Below the pieces are notes generated by a model. The model worked only from the letters and a program-made list of their open reading frames with translations. It was not told the DNA's origin and searched no databases. Below, piece by piece: positions 22,153 through 34,500 of a DNA stretch of 64,000 nucleotides; position 1 is the stretch's first letter; each line of letters opens with the position of its first letter. The DNA lies in assembly GCA_963812605.1 (NCBI GenBank), contig CAWEWF010000008.1:128001-192000 (forward strand), read 5' to 3'. The position numbers were made by a program, and so were the translations under genes. The DNA is from an uncultured Verrucomicrobiae bacterium. GTDB lineage: Bacteria > Verrucomicrobiota > Verrucomicrobiia > Palsa-1439.

Positions 22153-23459
22153 ATGCAATCCATTATCGAGACGCTACAACGATGGACTGGCGGCAATCCG
22201 GGATTGGCAATCGGTTTTGTATTTCTCGGCGCTTTCACCATCCAGGTGGGAGCGCTGGCCATCTCCTCGGTAGCGCGCGCGTTCCATGATCACCGGCAGC
22301 GTTCGCTGGCGCGGGAACGCCTGCGGCTGCTCGTCCGGGCCGCGACACTGCATTGCGAGGAGGCCGGGCAGGCCCGTCTGCAGTGGAACGGCTATCGCAA
22401 GTTTCAGATTGCCCGCAAAGTCCGGGAGTGCGAAGGGGTCTGTTCGTTCTACCTGCAACCGCATGATCGCAAACCATTGCCTTCGTTCAAGCCCGGGCAA
22501 TACCTGACTTTTCAGCTCAACTGTCCGGGCCGCGACAAACCGGTCGTGCGTTGCTACTCCATCTCCGACAGCCCCCATCACACCGATTATTACCGCGTCA
22601 CGATCAAACGCGAAGGGCCGCCGCCGGATCAGCCCGACCTGCCGCCGGGTATCGCGTCCTCGCACTTCTGCGACGTCCTGCGCGAAGGTGACATCATCGA
22701 TGCCAAGGCCCCCGCCGGCCACTTCTGCCTGGACCTGGAAAAGACAACTCCGGTCGTGCTGATCTCCGCCGGGGTGGGAGTAACGCCGATGTTGAGCATG
22801 GCCAATGCAATTGCCGCGGGCGACTCCCAACGCGAGTGCTGGTTCTTCTTCGGGGCCCGCAACGGCACCGAGCACATTCACCGTGACGAGATCGAAGCTC
22901 TCGCGCGCGGCCGCGATAACATTCCATGTTCACGTCTGCTACAGCCGGCCGCGGACGGAAGACCAGACGGGTGTGGATTACAACCACAATGGCCGTGTCA
23001 GCGTCGAGTTGTTCAAGGAACTGTTGCCGTCGAACAATTACGAGTTCTACCTGTGCGGCCCCGGTGCATTCATGACAAGCATCACGGATGGCCTGCGCGA
23101 ATGGGGCGTGCCTGACAGCGCGGTGTTTTCGAGGCGTTCGGTCCCGCCACAGTCAAAAAGGCTACGGCGCGTCAGCGCCGGCGGCGGGCGCGCCTGCCGC
23201 GCCCGGCTTTCAGGTCACGTTTGGCAAATCGAAAAAGACCTGCGTGTGGCGTCCCGACCTGGGATCGTTGCTGGAGTTTGCCGAGCGGCAGGGGATCCGG
23301 ATCGAAGCCGGCTGCCGGGCAGGCAGTTGCGGCACCTGCCTGGTGGCCATCAAATCGGGAGCGGTGGAATATCTGAGCAAGACGGAAGCGCAACCGGAAG
23401 ATGGCTCCTGCCTCACCTGCATCTGCAAACCAAAAGCCGACCTGGTGCTGGACGCCTGA
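22153..23459 (+). CDS. Membrane-anchored FAD/NAD(P)H FNR-like oxidoreductase with C-terminal [2Fe-2S] ferredoxin (frameshifts near 22922 and 23128)
   Basis: N-terminal TM; FKPGQY, RCYSIS, APAGHF, SAGVGVTP, FYLCGPGAFM; ferredoxin CRAGSCGTC...CLTC. Confidence 0.88.
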
Positions 23460-25186
23460 TGGCCACCACCGCCCTAATCGTTGACCGACCGAAACGCTGG
23501 GACTCCGCGTTCGATCCAGGAATGACGGATGCCGATGTCGCGCGGCTGCTGGCGCTGGCGCCCTTCAGCCAGATGAAGGCTGATCGGTTTCCGCTGCGCG
23601 ACATCCTGCGCAACGACGCGCGGCTGCGCCGATTTCGCGCGGGCGAAATCATCGTGCGCGAAGGCGATTACGGCACGTCGGCGTTCATGATCATTCAGGG
23701 CGCCGCCTGCGTGGTGATCGCGCCGGGACTGCCTGAAGCACTGCTGGGCCGGCGCCCTCGACGCCGCAAAAACCCCTTGGCCGTGCTTGCGCAACTCTGG
23801 GCCAATGCCCGCCATCCGGAAGTCCGCCGGCCAGCCGAGTTGCGTGTGGACGAACGCTTGGGACAACGGGACGCCGGAGATGACGAGGTCCGCGTGTTCC
23901 TGCAAGACGTGCCGCGCGTGTTGGATGGCCGTCGCACGGCGTCGCTGGCGGCCGGTGAATTCTTCGGGGAAATCGCCGCGCTCAGTCGCGTGCCGCGCAC
24001 CGCCACCGTGTTCGCCGAAGTGGACGACACGGAGTTGCTGGAGATCCGCTGGCAGGGCCTGCGCGACATCATGAAAAAGGATGATGCGCTGCGCCGGCAC
24101 ATCGAGGACAAGTATCGTGAACGATCCTTGGAGACCTATTTACGCGCGTTGCCAATGCTGCGTCATCTCACGGATGCGCAACTGCAGGAGCTGATGCGCC
24201 AGACCGAGTTTGCCACCTTCGGCGAGTACGACTGGTCGGGCGATTACAAACGCCTGCTGCGCTCGGGCGGGATTGCGGGTCCCGGCAAGGAACCGGTGAT
24301 CGCGCAGGAAGGTGATTACCCCAACGGCGTCGTGTTCGTCCGCGCCGGGTTTGCGCGCCTGGGCCGGCGGTTCGGCCGCGGACAGCGCACGCTGAGCTAC
24401 CTCGGCGCCGGGCAGCACTATGGGTTTGAGGAAATCGCGCACAACTGGCGACGGAAGGACGCGCCCGTGCCGCTCCAACTCACCTTGCAGGCCATCGGTT
24501 ACACCCACGTCCTGATCATCCCAACGGCGGTGATGGAGGAACTGGTGTTGCCGACCCTTCCGCCGTCGCTGTTGCCTCCCCTGGTTGAAGCCGAGGCTGC
24601 GGCAGTTATTGAACCCCCGCGGCTGGGACAGCGCGATGCGTCGGCCAAACTCGGGCCGGACTTGCTGGAGTTTTTGACGGAGAATCGCTTCTTCAACGGG
24701 ACCGCCGCCATGCTGATCAATCTGGATCTATGCACACGCTGTGACGATTGTGTGCGCGCCTGTGCGGCAACCCACGACAATAATCCACGCTTTCTCCGCC
24801 ACGGGCCGGCCAGCGGCCCCGTCATGGTCGCCAACGCCTGCATGCACTGCGCCGACCCGGTGTGCATGATCGGCTGCCCCACGGGCGCGATCTATCGCAC
24901 GACATTTGGCGGACAGGTGGTCATCAATCAGGCCACGTGCATCGGCTGCGCCATCTGCTCCAACAATTGTCCTTACGACGCAATCCGTATGGTGGATATC
25001 CGCGGAACCGACGGCGCATTTCTCGTGGACAAAGACATGCGAGCGATCCAGAAAGCAACCAAGTGTGACCTGTGCGTCGACCAATACGGCGGCCCCGCCT
25101 GCCAGAGGGCCTGCCCGCATGGCGCACTGATCCGCGCCGACATGAGCGATGCGGATGCGCTGGCGACGTGGCTGGGGCGAGGATGA
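23459..25186 (+). CDS. Tandem cNMP-binding domains fused to a DmsB/NrfC-like 4x[4Fe-4S] domain
   Basis: ATG overlaps the upstream TGA. Canonical cNMP cassette GEFFGEIAAL..PRTATV; second, degenerate domain (QEGDYPNG..GQHYGFEE); Cys motifs CTRCDDCVRAC, CMHCADPVCMIGCP, CIGCAICSNNCP, CDLC..PACQRACP. Confidence 0.9.
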   Translation: MATTALIVDRPKRWDSAFDPGMTDADVARLLALAPFSQMKADRFPLRDILRNDARLRRFRAGEIIVREGDYGTSAFMIIQGAACVVIAPGLPEALLGRRPRRRKNPLAVLAQLWANARHPEVRRPAELRVDERLGQRDAGDDEVRVFLQDVPRVLDGRRTASLAAGEFFGEIAALSRVPRTATVFAEVDDTELLEIRWQGLRDIMKKDDALRRHIEDKYRERSLETYLRALPMLRHLTDAQLQELMRQTEFATFGEYDWSGDYKRLLRSGGIAGPGKEPVIAQEGDYPNGVVFVRAGFARLGRRFGRGQRTLSYLGAGQHYGFEEIAHNWRRKDAPVPLQLTLQAIGYTHVLIIPTAVMEELVLPTLPPSLLPPLVEAEAAAVIEPPRLGQRDASAKLGPDLLEFLTENRFFNGTAAMLINLDLCTRCDDCVRACAATHDNNPRFLRHGPASGPVMVANACMHCADPVCMIGCPTGAIYRTTFGGQVVINQATCIGCAICSNNCPYDAIRMVDIRGTDGAFLVDKDMRAIQKATKCDLCVDQYGGPACQRACPHGALIRADMSDADALATWLGRG

Positions 25187-25983
25187 ATTTCACTCTTAGA
25201 CGGGGGCTCAGCATCGCGGTCTTGATTACCGCAACGGTGGCAGTAGTCCTGTGGCGTCCGGCAACCGCGTATGCCAGCGGCTGGCTCTTGTTTACACTGA
25301 TGATCGCCCTGACCGTATTCAACGCGCGCAAGAAGCTGCCCTTCCTGCCGTTGATAAGTTCCGAGGCGTGGCTTCAGTTCCATATTTATGCCGGGTTGTT
25401 CTCGGCGGCGGTGTTTTTCGTCCACATCGGCTGGCGCGTGCCGCATGGCTGGTTCCAGGGCACGCTGACGGCGCTCTATGTTCTGGTGATGCTCAGCGGC
25501 ATCGTCGGGCTGGTGTGGTCGCGCACGTTCCCGAAACGGCTGACGACCCGTGGCGGGGAAGTGCTCTACGAACGGATTCCCGCGATTCGCCGCGCCCTGC
25601 AGGAACAGGCCGAGGCGCTGGCGCTGCCGCCAGTTGCCGAGGCGCGCTCGGTCATTCTCGTGGATTTCTATGCGGAGAATCTCGCGGGGTTTTTTGACGG
25701 CGCGCATAATTTCTGGCGCCACCTGCTGGAGTCCCGCGCTCCGCTCAACGAGTTGCTTGCCCGGACCGACAATCTCACCCGCTACCTCAACGACACCGAA
25801 CGTTCCACGATGGACAAAATCGCGGCGCTCGTGCGCCAGAAGGACGGGTTGGACTATCAGTATGCGTTGCAGGCAACTCTCAAAGGCTGGTTGTTCGTGC
25901 ATATTCCGCTGACATACAGTTTGCTCCTGGTTTCGGTCGTGCACATCGTGCTCGTGTACGCATTCTCCGGAGGCGCGCCGTGA
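25183..25983 (+). CDS. Integral membrane protein, ferric-reductase/cytochrome b-like with His-bearing helices
   Basis: ATGA overlap with the upstream gene; several TMs; His pairs WLQFHIYAG..FFVHIG and WLFVHIPL..VVHIV. Confidence 0.75.
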   Translation: MNFTLRRGLSIAVLITATVAVVLWRPATAYASGWLLFTLMIALTVFNARKKLPFLPLISSEAWLQFHIYAGLFSAAVFFVHIGWRVPHGWFQGTLTALYVLVMLSGIVGLVWSRTFPKRLTTRGGEVLYERIPAIRRALQEQAEALALPPVAEARSVILVDFYAENLAGFFDGAHNFWRHLLESRAPLNELLARTDNLTRYLNDTERSTMDKIAALVRQKDGLDYQYALQATLKGWLFVHIPLTYSLLLVSVVHIVLVYAFSGGAP

Positions 25984-27668
25984 GCGAACAGTTGCCGGCG
26001 CCTGAATTCGACGCTACGCAGTACGAACGTCCCAATTGCAGATGGATCTGCGGGCGGGCGGCGGAGGGCCATCCCTGCCGCATCGGGCCGGGGCCGCGCG
26101 GCGACTGCCGCGCCACGTCCGAATGCACGCCCGCGTTGCAGATCAAGCCGGGCGAAACCAAGGGCCGTTGGCGCTGTACCCGGCCCAAAAGCGCCGGCGG
26201 CCCGTGCTCCGAAGGACCTCTCCCCAATGGCGCTTGCAGCCATGTGATCCCGCCCTGCCAGCCGGTGCGCAGTCTGCGGGCCAAACGCGCTCTCGCCACC
26301 CTGTGGACGGTGGCTTTGACTCTCGGTGGTCTGCTCGTCGCGTTGTACGGCAATGCACGGTGGAATTTCATCACGCCCCGCGAACTTTCATCGCACCACA
26401 CTGGCGCCGCGTTTGAAAAATCGGTGAAACTCGCCCGCCGGGAAATAATTGCGCTGCCTGCCACACCGCCGCCCGCCGTGGTCCCGCAGGATGGGTTCAG
26501 GCGGCGTTGCTTGCCGAGCCGGGTCCGTTAGAGTGGGGGAAATTGTCAAGCGTCCCTGCGAAAACAATCACCCGGCTGGACCAGTCGTGTGAGCGCTGTC
26601 ACGCGTTGCACGAGTTTCACCAACCCAACGTCGGATGGAATTATTCGTGCTCCGCCTGCCACCGCGAACACGAGGGCGCCGGGCCGATGAAGGCGCCTGC
26701 GAACGCCGAGTGCTTGAGTTGTCACGGCAACGCCTCGGTGATGCAGGCATCGGTCGAAAAAGCCAGGACATTGCCGTCAGAAGCCTTTCACTATCACACG
26801 GTCGGAACCCGCGTCGCCTTCCAGACACCTCGGCCGCCGAGCGGGTACACCCAGGTGTTTCACTCGTTCGCAGATCATCCCGAATTTCAGGTGGTCGCGG
26901 AACATTTGCGCGATCCGGATACGCTGAAATTCAATCACCAAACACACTTGACCGGCAACATCCCGCTGCTCGATGGGCATAAGCTCGCGTGCGCCGATTG
27001 CCACAAACCGGACGCCACGGGCGCGTACATGCGGCCCGTCACCTACGAGGCCAACTCCCGGTCCTGCCACGCGTTGCAATTCGACGTGAACAACCCGGAG
27101 CTTCAACTTCCCCACGGAAATGCTGCCGCCGTCCGCGCCTTCCTGCGCAGTTTGCAGACCCAGTACGCCGACTTTGGCCGGCGCGTCAAAGGGATTACCC
27201 AGCAGCCGGCGCTGGAGGAATTCGTAGGACAGCAGATGGCCGCCCTTCACCAACAGGTACCGGACGGAGAAGAACTTGAACGCGAGGCCTATTTTAATAC
27301 GGCGCGCCAGGGTCCCGAATGGCCGGCCGCGCTACGCGGGCTGCGCCTATTGCCATGAGGTCAAACCAATGGGCGAGGGAACGCCTCTGGTCACGCCTCC
27401 GGTAATGCCCGACCGCTGGCTAACGGGCGGACGATTCGACCACGCCCGGCATGCCACGATGGCCTGCGCGACCTGCCACGACGCGCTGCACAGCCACGAA
27501 ACCGCCGACATCCTGCTGCCCTCCAAACAAGTATGCGCTTCCTGCCACAGTCCGCAGGGTGGCGCGTCCTCATCGTGTGCGAGTTGCCACAACTATCACA
27601 ATACACCGGTCACAGTGACGGATTTCGCGGGAACTTGGCGTACGGCGGACGCGCGCCCCGGAAAATGA
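25980..27668 (+). CDS. Membrane-anchored ~10-heme cytochrome c3-like protein with Cys-rich N-terminus (frameshifted)
   Basis: GTGA overlap; 9-Cys N-terminal domain; TM; CAACH, CERCH, CSACH, CLSCH, CADCH, degenerate SRSCH, CAYCH, CATCH, CASCH, CASCH across ORFs 25980..26531, 26507..27358 and 27276..27668; FNH/FDH c3-type His motifs. Confidence 0.85.
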
Positions 27669-29242
27669 TCTGGTCAGAGCGCAGCGCGGCGGGTGGCGCG
27701 AAAAGCGCCGCGCCTGACGCGGCAATCAGATCGTCCTGATCGACACCGTCGCCGCTGACGCCGAGCGCCCCAATCAGTACGCCGTTGGTGTACAAGGGAA
27801 ATCCGCCGGGAAAAATGGTGATGCCGTTTGGCAGGTTCGCTTGAACCCCGGGCGGTATGGTGACGCCGTTTGGCAGGTTCGTTTGACCCCCGGGCGATAC
27901 CGTGAGCAGCGCGTTATTCAGCGGATTGGTGGTCCCCGCAGGAAACGCCGAGAAATATTCCTGCAATCCCAAAAATGGCCCGTTGGTTGTCTTGGTGATC
28001 CCCGGTGGGTACAAGCTCTGCGCGAGAAACCCGACTGCCCGTGTGGAGTAGGCGCGATTCGCAGGCAAGTTGGGAGGAAATAGTCCCGCCGCCAGCGGGC
28101 TTGAGAAGAATAGTGCCGTTCGCGCCTTCTGCACCGAGACATCCCAACTGAAGATGGTGGCCTCGCCCACTCGAAACGTTCCGAGGACCTGGGGCGCGAC
28201 ACCGTCGGCGTTGGGGTTATTGATGACGGAGATGAACACTCTGGCCGATTGTCCTCGCGGCAAGCGGATGCCAGCCCTCGTCGTCGCGGCCCGCTGGGCC
28301 GCCACCAAAAGCATGTTGGTGACATCGGTCGCAGTCAACCGAGGCTGTCCATTGATCAGGCCCGGTAACGGGTCATCGATGATCGGCGAACGCACCTCGC
28401 CCGCCACGCCCCCCAGAACCAGCGGCGGATATTGCACGGTCGGCGAATTGGTCAGGGGGAAACCAGGCACGTTGGCCCCGATGCTGCCCAGTGACGCGGG
28501 AGGACTTGTCTCGGTGTGGCTCCGCACATACGGCAACCGGATGCCATTGATCAGCACGTGCGTCGCCAGGATCTTGCGGTCTGGCTGGAACCCCAGTTGG
28601 CCCGACAAGGCAACGTCTTCGTTGGTCGAGGGCTGGGATACATCTTTCACGAGGCTTTCCATATTACTGGCCATCGACAGGTCGTTGGGCTGTGCCACGC
28701 CCACGCCGCCAATTAGATTGGTGCTGTTCCTGTAAAGCGGAACGCCGCCGGGAATGCCATCCAGGCCACCCAATAGTGCGCCGATCACCGGCCCGCCGTT
28801 GGTTCCGCCGTTTTGTCCCGGCACATAGCCCGCCCGGATCCTTGTAGCGGTTGACATCCGAGAAGAAAAGGCTGGAGAAATTGACGCCCACCAACGGGCC
28901 GGTCGGGGTGTTGCGAATTCCGGGTGGAAAATGTTGTTGCACGATCATCAGGGCCGTGCGCGTGGTGAAGGCTTCCTGGTCGCTGCTCAGGAATGCCGCA
29001 GTGCCCGCTCGCGCGATCGCCTCAGCCGTGAGGCCGGTGGCCGGGAGCGAACCGTCGACGCTCCAGACGCCAAGCACGAACCCTTCCCGATCCACAACGG
29101 CAATAACGCTGTCGGGAGCGACGACGCTTGCTCTCGTGACAGCCTGGGAGATGACCGTCGTAACGTCGTTGGAGGTCATTTGTGAAAATACGATGGCGGC
29201 AGAGCCCAGCAGGACGCCGAGAACAAGGGTGAGCATTTTCAC
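27610..29242 (-). CDS. Secreted tandem GlcG/HbpS-like heme-binding protein (frameshift near 28838)
   Basis: Signal peptide; domain 1 IAVVDREG..ARAGTAAF..GGVPLY..IGGVGV; domain 2 QKARTALF..FPGGFPLY..IGALGVSGDGVDQDD. Confidence 0.82.
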
Positions 29243-29353
29243 AGCACGGAATTCTTACGACGAAGATTCCGTTGGCGGCAAGCCTAAACCGTCGTCGGGG
29301 ACCAGTTACAGCTTGATTTTTCCCGGCGATTGCAACACCCTCCTCACCTTAGA

Positions 29354-31559
29354 ATGACTAGGCGAGGAGGCGTTCTCGGCGTTTCATTAGGTTTTGCGGT
29401 CATCGCATCAGGCGTGTTGGCAGAACAGGCCGATCCGGACCGCCTCAAACCGCATCAGATTGTCAGCCATGGAACTCCGCCCATTTCCCCTGTCGCCTTC
29501 AGCCCCGATCCTCAGGGACTTCCCATACTCCCGCAGCCGCTCGAGGCCGCGCCGCTCACCTTGGAGGTCACGAATACCGTCAGTTCCGGCGCGCCGCCAT
29601 TGCCCCCGTCGCAGTTCAATCCCGATCCGGGCGCTACCCAAGTCCAAACGCCCGCTCCTCCCCCTCCGTTCTTCAAGCCGGAGTTTAGGCTGGGGCCGCT
29701 CTATGGCGAGGAGCCGGTCCCGGGAGCGTTCGCGCTGCCACGCTTCAGGACCGAAATGAAGGAAATCGTCGAGGTTGAACCGCGCTCCCCGCCCGATCCG
29801 CGACGCGAGCCGTTACCCCCGGTGCTCCAGCTCCCGCGCACAGAGGTGCGCGCCAATGAACGAATTCCCAATAAATGGGAGGAACCGGAATACACGCGCC
29901 AGCGCGAGCCGTTCGAGATCCCGACCAATACCGTTCCCGTGATTGACCGCTGGAAAGTGCCGTTTACTCCATGGCAGCGCTATACGGATCGCCCTGCCGA
30001 GACGCCCTACCAGCAAGCAAAGACGGCGTTGTGGGATCCGTACCAGCAGAGCGTCCTCAAGGGTGATGCGCCTATCATCGGCCAGGATATTTTTTTGGAC
30101 CTCACCGCTGTTTCCGATACGCTCTTTCAGGCGAGACGGTTGCCCACTCCCAGCGGTGTCAGCGCCCAGTCACCCGGCAGCGCGGACTTTTTTGGCAACG
30201 GCGATGAAGTGTTCATGTCCCAGAACTTCTCGTTTACCGCCGATCTGTTCAAGGGCGAGACGGTCTTCCAGCCGGTCCACTGGATGATCCGACTTGAGCC
30301 CGTCTATAATATCAACTATCTCTCAACCCAGGAGCGTGGTGTGGTCAGTCCCAACCCCGTGGACGGCATCGACCGGCTCCGGGAATATTTCGCCCTGCAG
30401 CAGGTCTTCGCCGAACTGCACCTCGGCGATCTGTCGGACAATTACGATTTCATCGCTTGCCGTGCGGGCAATCAGCCCTTCATTAGCGATTTCCGCGGAT
30501 TCATCTTCGATGATGTCAATCTCGGCGCAAGAGTTTTTGGGAATGCAGATAATAACCGCTGGCAGTATAATGTGATCGTGTTGCCGATGCGCGAAAAAGA
30601 CACTGATTCCGGTCTCAATACATTTAACGACCGCGATCAGTATGTGTTCATTGCCAATGCCTACCGCCAGGACTTTTTCACCCCGGGGTACACCACCCAG
30701 TTTAGCTTCCACGCCAACATTGACGATGGCCGCATCCATTACGACAGCAACGGCAATATCGTCAGGCCCTCCCCGCTCGGCACCGTTGTTCAGCATAGAC
30801 GTCCACGCCTATTACCTGGGGTGGACAGGCGACGGTCACATCGGCCGTCTCAATATCACCCACGCATTCTACGAGGCACTCGGACGCGACGACTTCAACG
30901 GGTTGGCGGGCAGACCCGTCACCATCAACGCCCAAATGGCCGCCGCTGAACTGTCCTACGATCGCGATTGGATCCGTTATAAACTGTCCTTGTTTTATGC
31001 CTCCGGCGACCACAACGCAGAAAACGGCACCGCTACCGGCTTCGACGGCATTGTCGACAACCCGGCTTTTGCCGGCGCGCCGTTCAGTTATTGGATCAGC
31101 CAGGGAATCAACCTCGCCGGCACTTCCGTCGCGCTGAAACAACCCGACAGCCTCCTGCCTAATTTGCGCACGAGCAAGACGGAGGGCCAGGCCAACTTCG
31201 TGAACCCAGGCCTGCTCCTTGCCGGCGTTGGCACGGATGTGGATATAACCCCAAAACTGCGGGGGTTTTTCAACGTGAATTATCTCCGGTTCGCCGATAC
31301 CGACGCGATCAAGACCGCGCTTCTGACCGACAAGGTCGATGGTGAAATCGGTTTCGATTGCAGTATCGGCGTGCGTTATCGGCCCCTGCTTACGGACAAT
31401 ATCGTCATTACCGCCGGCTTTGGCGTTCTTTTACCCGGCAGTGGATTTCGGGATATTTACGGGCGCGGCCCCATTCCCACGTCCAGCGGCGGGAGCCGCA
31501 ACGGCCAAACGGATGATTTCTTATACAGCGGTTTGGTGAAACTCACGTTCACCTATTAG
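29354..31559 (+). CDS. Outer-membrane beta-barrel protein with Pro-rich N-terminal extension (frameshift near 30798)
   Basis: Signal peptide; amphipathic strands (RAGNQPF.SDFRGFIF, YYLGWTGDGH, AELSYDRDW, FFNVNYLRF); terminal LTFTY aromatic barrel signal. Confidence 0.8.
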
Positions 31560-31562
31560 CCC

Positions 31563-34500
31563 ATGAACAAAAGTATACGCGCGGTTCTGTGTGGGACGGC
31601 CTTCGTGGTTGCCGCCACGCACGCCGTCTATGCTCAAAATGATGGATTCGGACCGCCCATCGCGGTATCGCGGGATCAACCCCCGCCCGTGACCAAACCG
31701 CATAATTGGATCGACCAGACTCCCCAAGAGGCAATGGCCAAGAGCCGCGGTTGCCTCGAATGCCACAAGGGCATCGAGGAGATGCACGCCTCGCCCTATG
31801 TGGTCCTCGGGTGCACCGATTGTCACGGAGGCAATGCCACCCCGGGCCTGACGATGCGCAAAGCCCACGTCCCCCCCAGCAATCCGATCTTCTGGCAGTC
31901 TTCGGCAAAACCCGTTATGTCCGACGTATTGCTCAATCATGAGACGAAGGAGTTCATCCAGTTCGTCAACCCCGCCGACCTGCGCGTCGCCCAGCAGGCT
32001 TGCGGACTGTGCCATCAAGAGTCGATTGACCACGTGCAGCACAGCATGATGAACCACGGGGCAATGCTCTGGGGCGCGGCTCTCTATAATAATGGTTCGC
32101 GTCCCGTTCAAGAATTACCACTACGGTCAGGCTTACGGGCCCGATGGCGAGCCGTTGCGGTTGATCAATCCGTATCCCCCGACGGCTGAAGAGACGCGCA
32201 CGAACGGGATTTTGCCTTTTATCGATCCGCTGCCGCGGTTCCCGTTGGGCCAGCCCAGTAATATTCTGCGTATTTTCGAGAAGGGCGGCGAGAAACAAAA
32301 CCAGCTCGGCATCCCGAATCCCGATGAACCGCCGGGTCATCCCGAACGACGGCTTTCGGAGCGGGGCCTGGGCACGCTCAACCGCATCGACCCGGTCTTC
32401 CTCAATTTGCAGAAGACCCGCCTGAACGACCCCTTGCTGGGATTCATGGGCTCAAACGATCATCCGGGCGATTATCGATCCAGCGGTTGCGCCGCGTGCC
32501 ACGTGGTCTACGCCAATGACCGTTCTCCCGCCAACTCCGGCTGGTACAGCAAATACGGCAACCAGGGCCTGAGCTTCACGGGCGATTCCCAGATCTCCAA
32601 AAGCGAGCGCGGCCATCCGATCACCCACCAGTTTACCCGCTCCATCCCCAGCAGCCAGTGCATGGTTTGCCACATGCACCAGGGCAATCTTTTTGTGAAT
32701 CCCTATCTCGGTTATACGTGGTGGGATCAGGAGTCCGATGGCGAGTTGTTCTATCCCGCGAAACAGAAGAACCCGACCGAAGCCGACCTGGCTGAATCGT
32801 TTCGCCGGAACCCCGAGGCTGCCGCCGCGCGCGGGCTGTGGGGCGACCTGGATTTTCTGGAGAAAGTTGCCGAGTTGAATCCGCAACTCCAGCACACGCA
32901 GTTGGCCGACTATCACGGCCACGGCTGGATTTTCCGTGCCGTCTTTAAAAAGGATCGTCAGGGAAATCTGCTCGACCTGGACGGAAAGATGATTGCCCAG
33001 GATGACTCGAACAAGTGGGCGAAGGCCGTTCACCTCAAGGACGTGCATCTCGCGCGCGGAATGCAGTGCGTCGATTGCCACTTCCTCAACGACGTGCACG
33101 GCAACGGCAATCTCTACGGTGAGCCGCGCGCCGCCACCAGCATCGAGTGCATCGATTGTCACGGCACCATCACACAGCGACCCACGCTGGTCACCTCCGG
33201 CAATGCCGGTCGATATGCCCTGACAAACTCGACCACATCCTTCGGCCCGCGCTTCGAGTGGGTCGGCAAAAAACTCTATCAGCGTTCCTCAATGAATCCC
33301 GACGTGCGTTGGGAAATCCCGCAGACGATGGACACGATTGATCCGACCTCGCCGCACTACAACGCGAAGTCCGCCTACGCCAAGACCGTGCAGCGCGACG
33401 GTAAGACATGGGGCCAGGCCAACTGTCCCGTGGCGCATGAGAACCGCAGTATCTCCTGCCAGATTTGCCACACGGCGTGGGCGACCAGTTGTTTTGGCTG
33501 CCACCTGCCGATGCGCGCCAACCAACGCGTGCCGACCAACAAGTTCGAGGGACTGACCAGCCGCAATTTTACCACGTACAATCCCCAGGTCGTCCGTGAC
33601 GACGTGTTCATGCTCGGGCGCGACGCCACCTACAAAGACCATCGACTGGCTGTGATCCGCTCTTCCAGCGCCGTGTTGGTGGGCTCGCAAAACGCCAACC
33701 GTGAATGGGTCTACTCCCAACAGCAGACGGTTTCGGCGGAAGGCTACAGCGGCCAGGCGTTCAACCCGCATTTCGCGCATACCACCAGCAGTGTCGGCAC
33801 GACCAAGAATTGCAGCGACTGCCATCTTTCCCAGCAGAACGACAACAATGCCTGGATGGCACAGCTCCTCGGCTTTGGCACCGGCACGGTGAATTTCTTC
33901 GGACGCTATGCCTGGGTCGGTTGCGGCGAAGGCGGCTTCCGCGCCGTCGTATGGACCGAGCCCACCGAGCCGGAGGCTGCCATCGGCAGTCATCTCCAGA
34001 AAATTGCCTACCCGGACAACTATCAAAAACACCAGGAAGCCGGCCGCGTTCTCTCGGAGGCCCATGAGCACCACGGCAGGGACATCCTCGATCTGACGTT
34101 GCGCGGAGAATATCTCTACACCGCCAACGGACCAGGCGGATTCGAGGTCTTCGACGTTGCCAATATCGACAATAAAGGCTTCAGTGAGCGCATCGTCTCC
34201 ACGCCGGTCTCACCCTTGGGCCAGCGCACGCATATACCCACGAAGTTTGCGACCAGCGTCGTGCTGCCCAGCACGCTCGGGATCGACCCGTTGCGCAAAC
34301 ATTTGCCTGAAAACGAAGAGCAACCGATCAACCCCATTTACGGCTTTGCCTATGTCACTGACCGCGAGGAAGGCCTGGTGATCTGCGGCGTTGGCACCCT
34401 CGTTGACGGCGATCCCGACAATAACTTCCTCGACAAAGAAAAGGTCGTGCGCTTCAACCCCGACGGCCGGCTGGATGGTGCCGTGCACGGTTACATGGCC

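Noticed and set aside
22805-23458. N-terminal extension making a 793-aa FNR-cNMP-FeS fusion
   Set aside because: Produced by frameshifts in the upstream reductase; the cNMP protein has its own ATG at 23459 overlapping the reductase stop.
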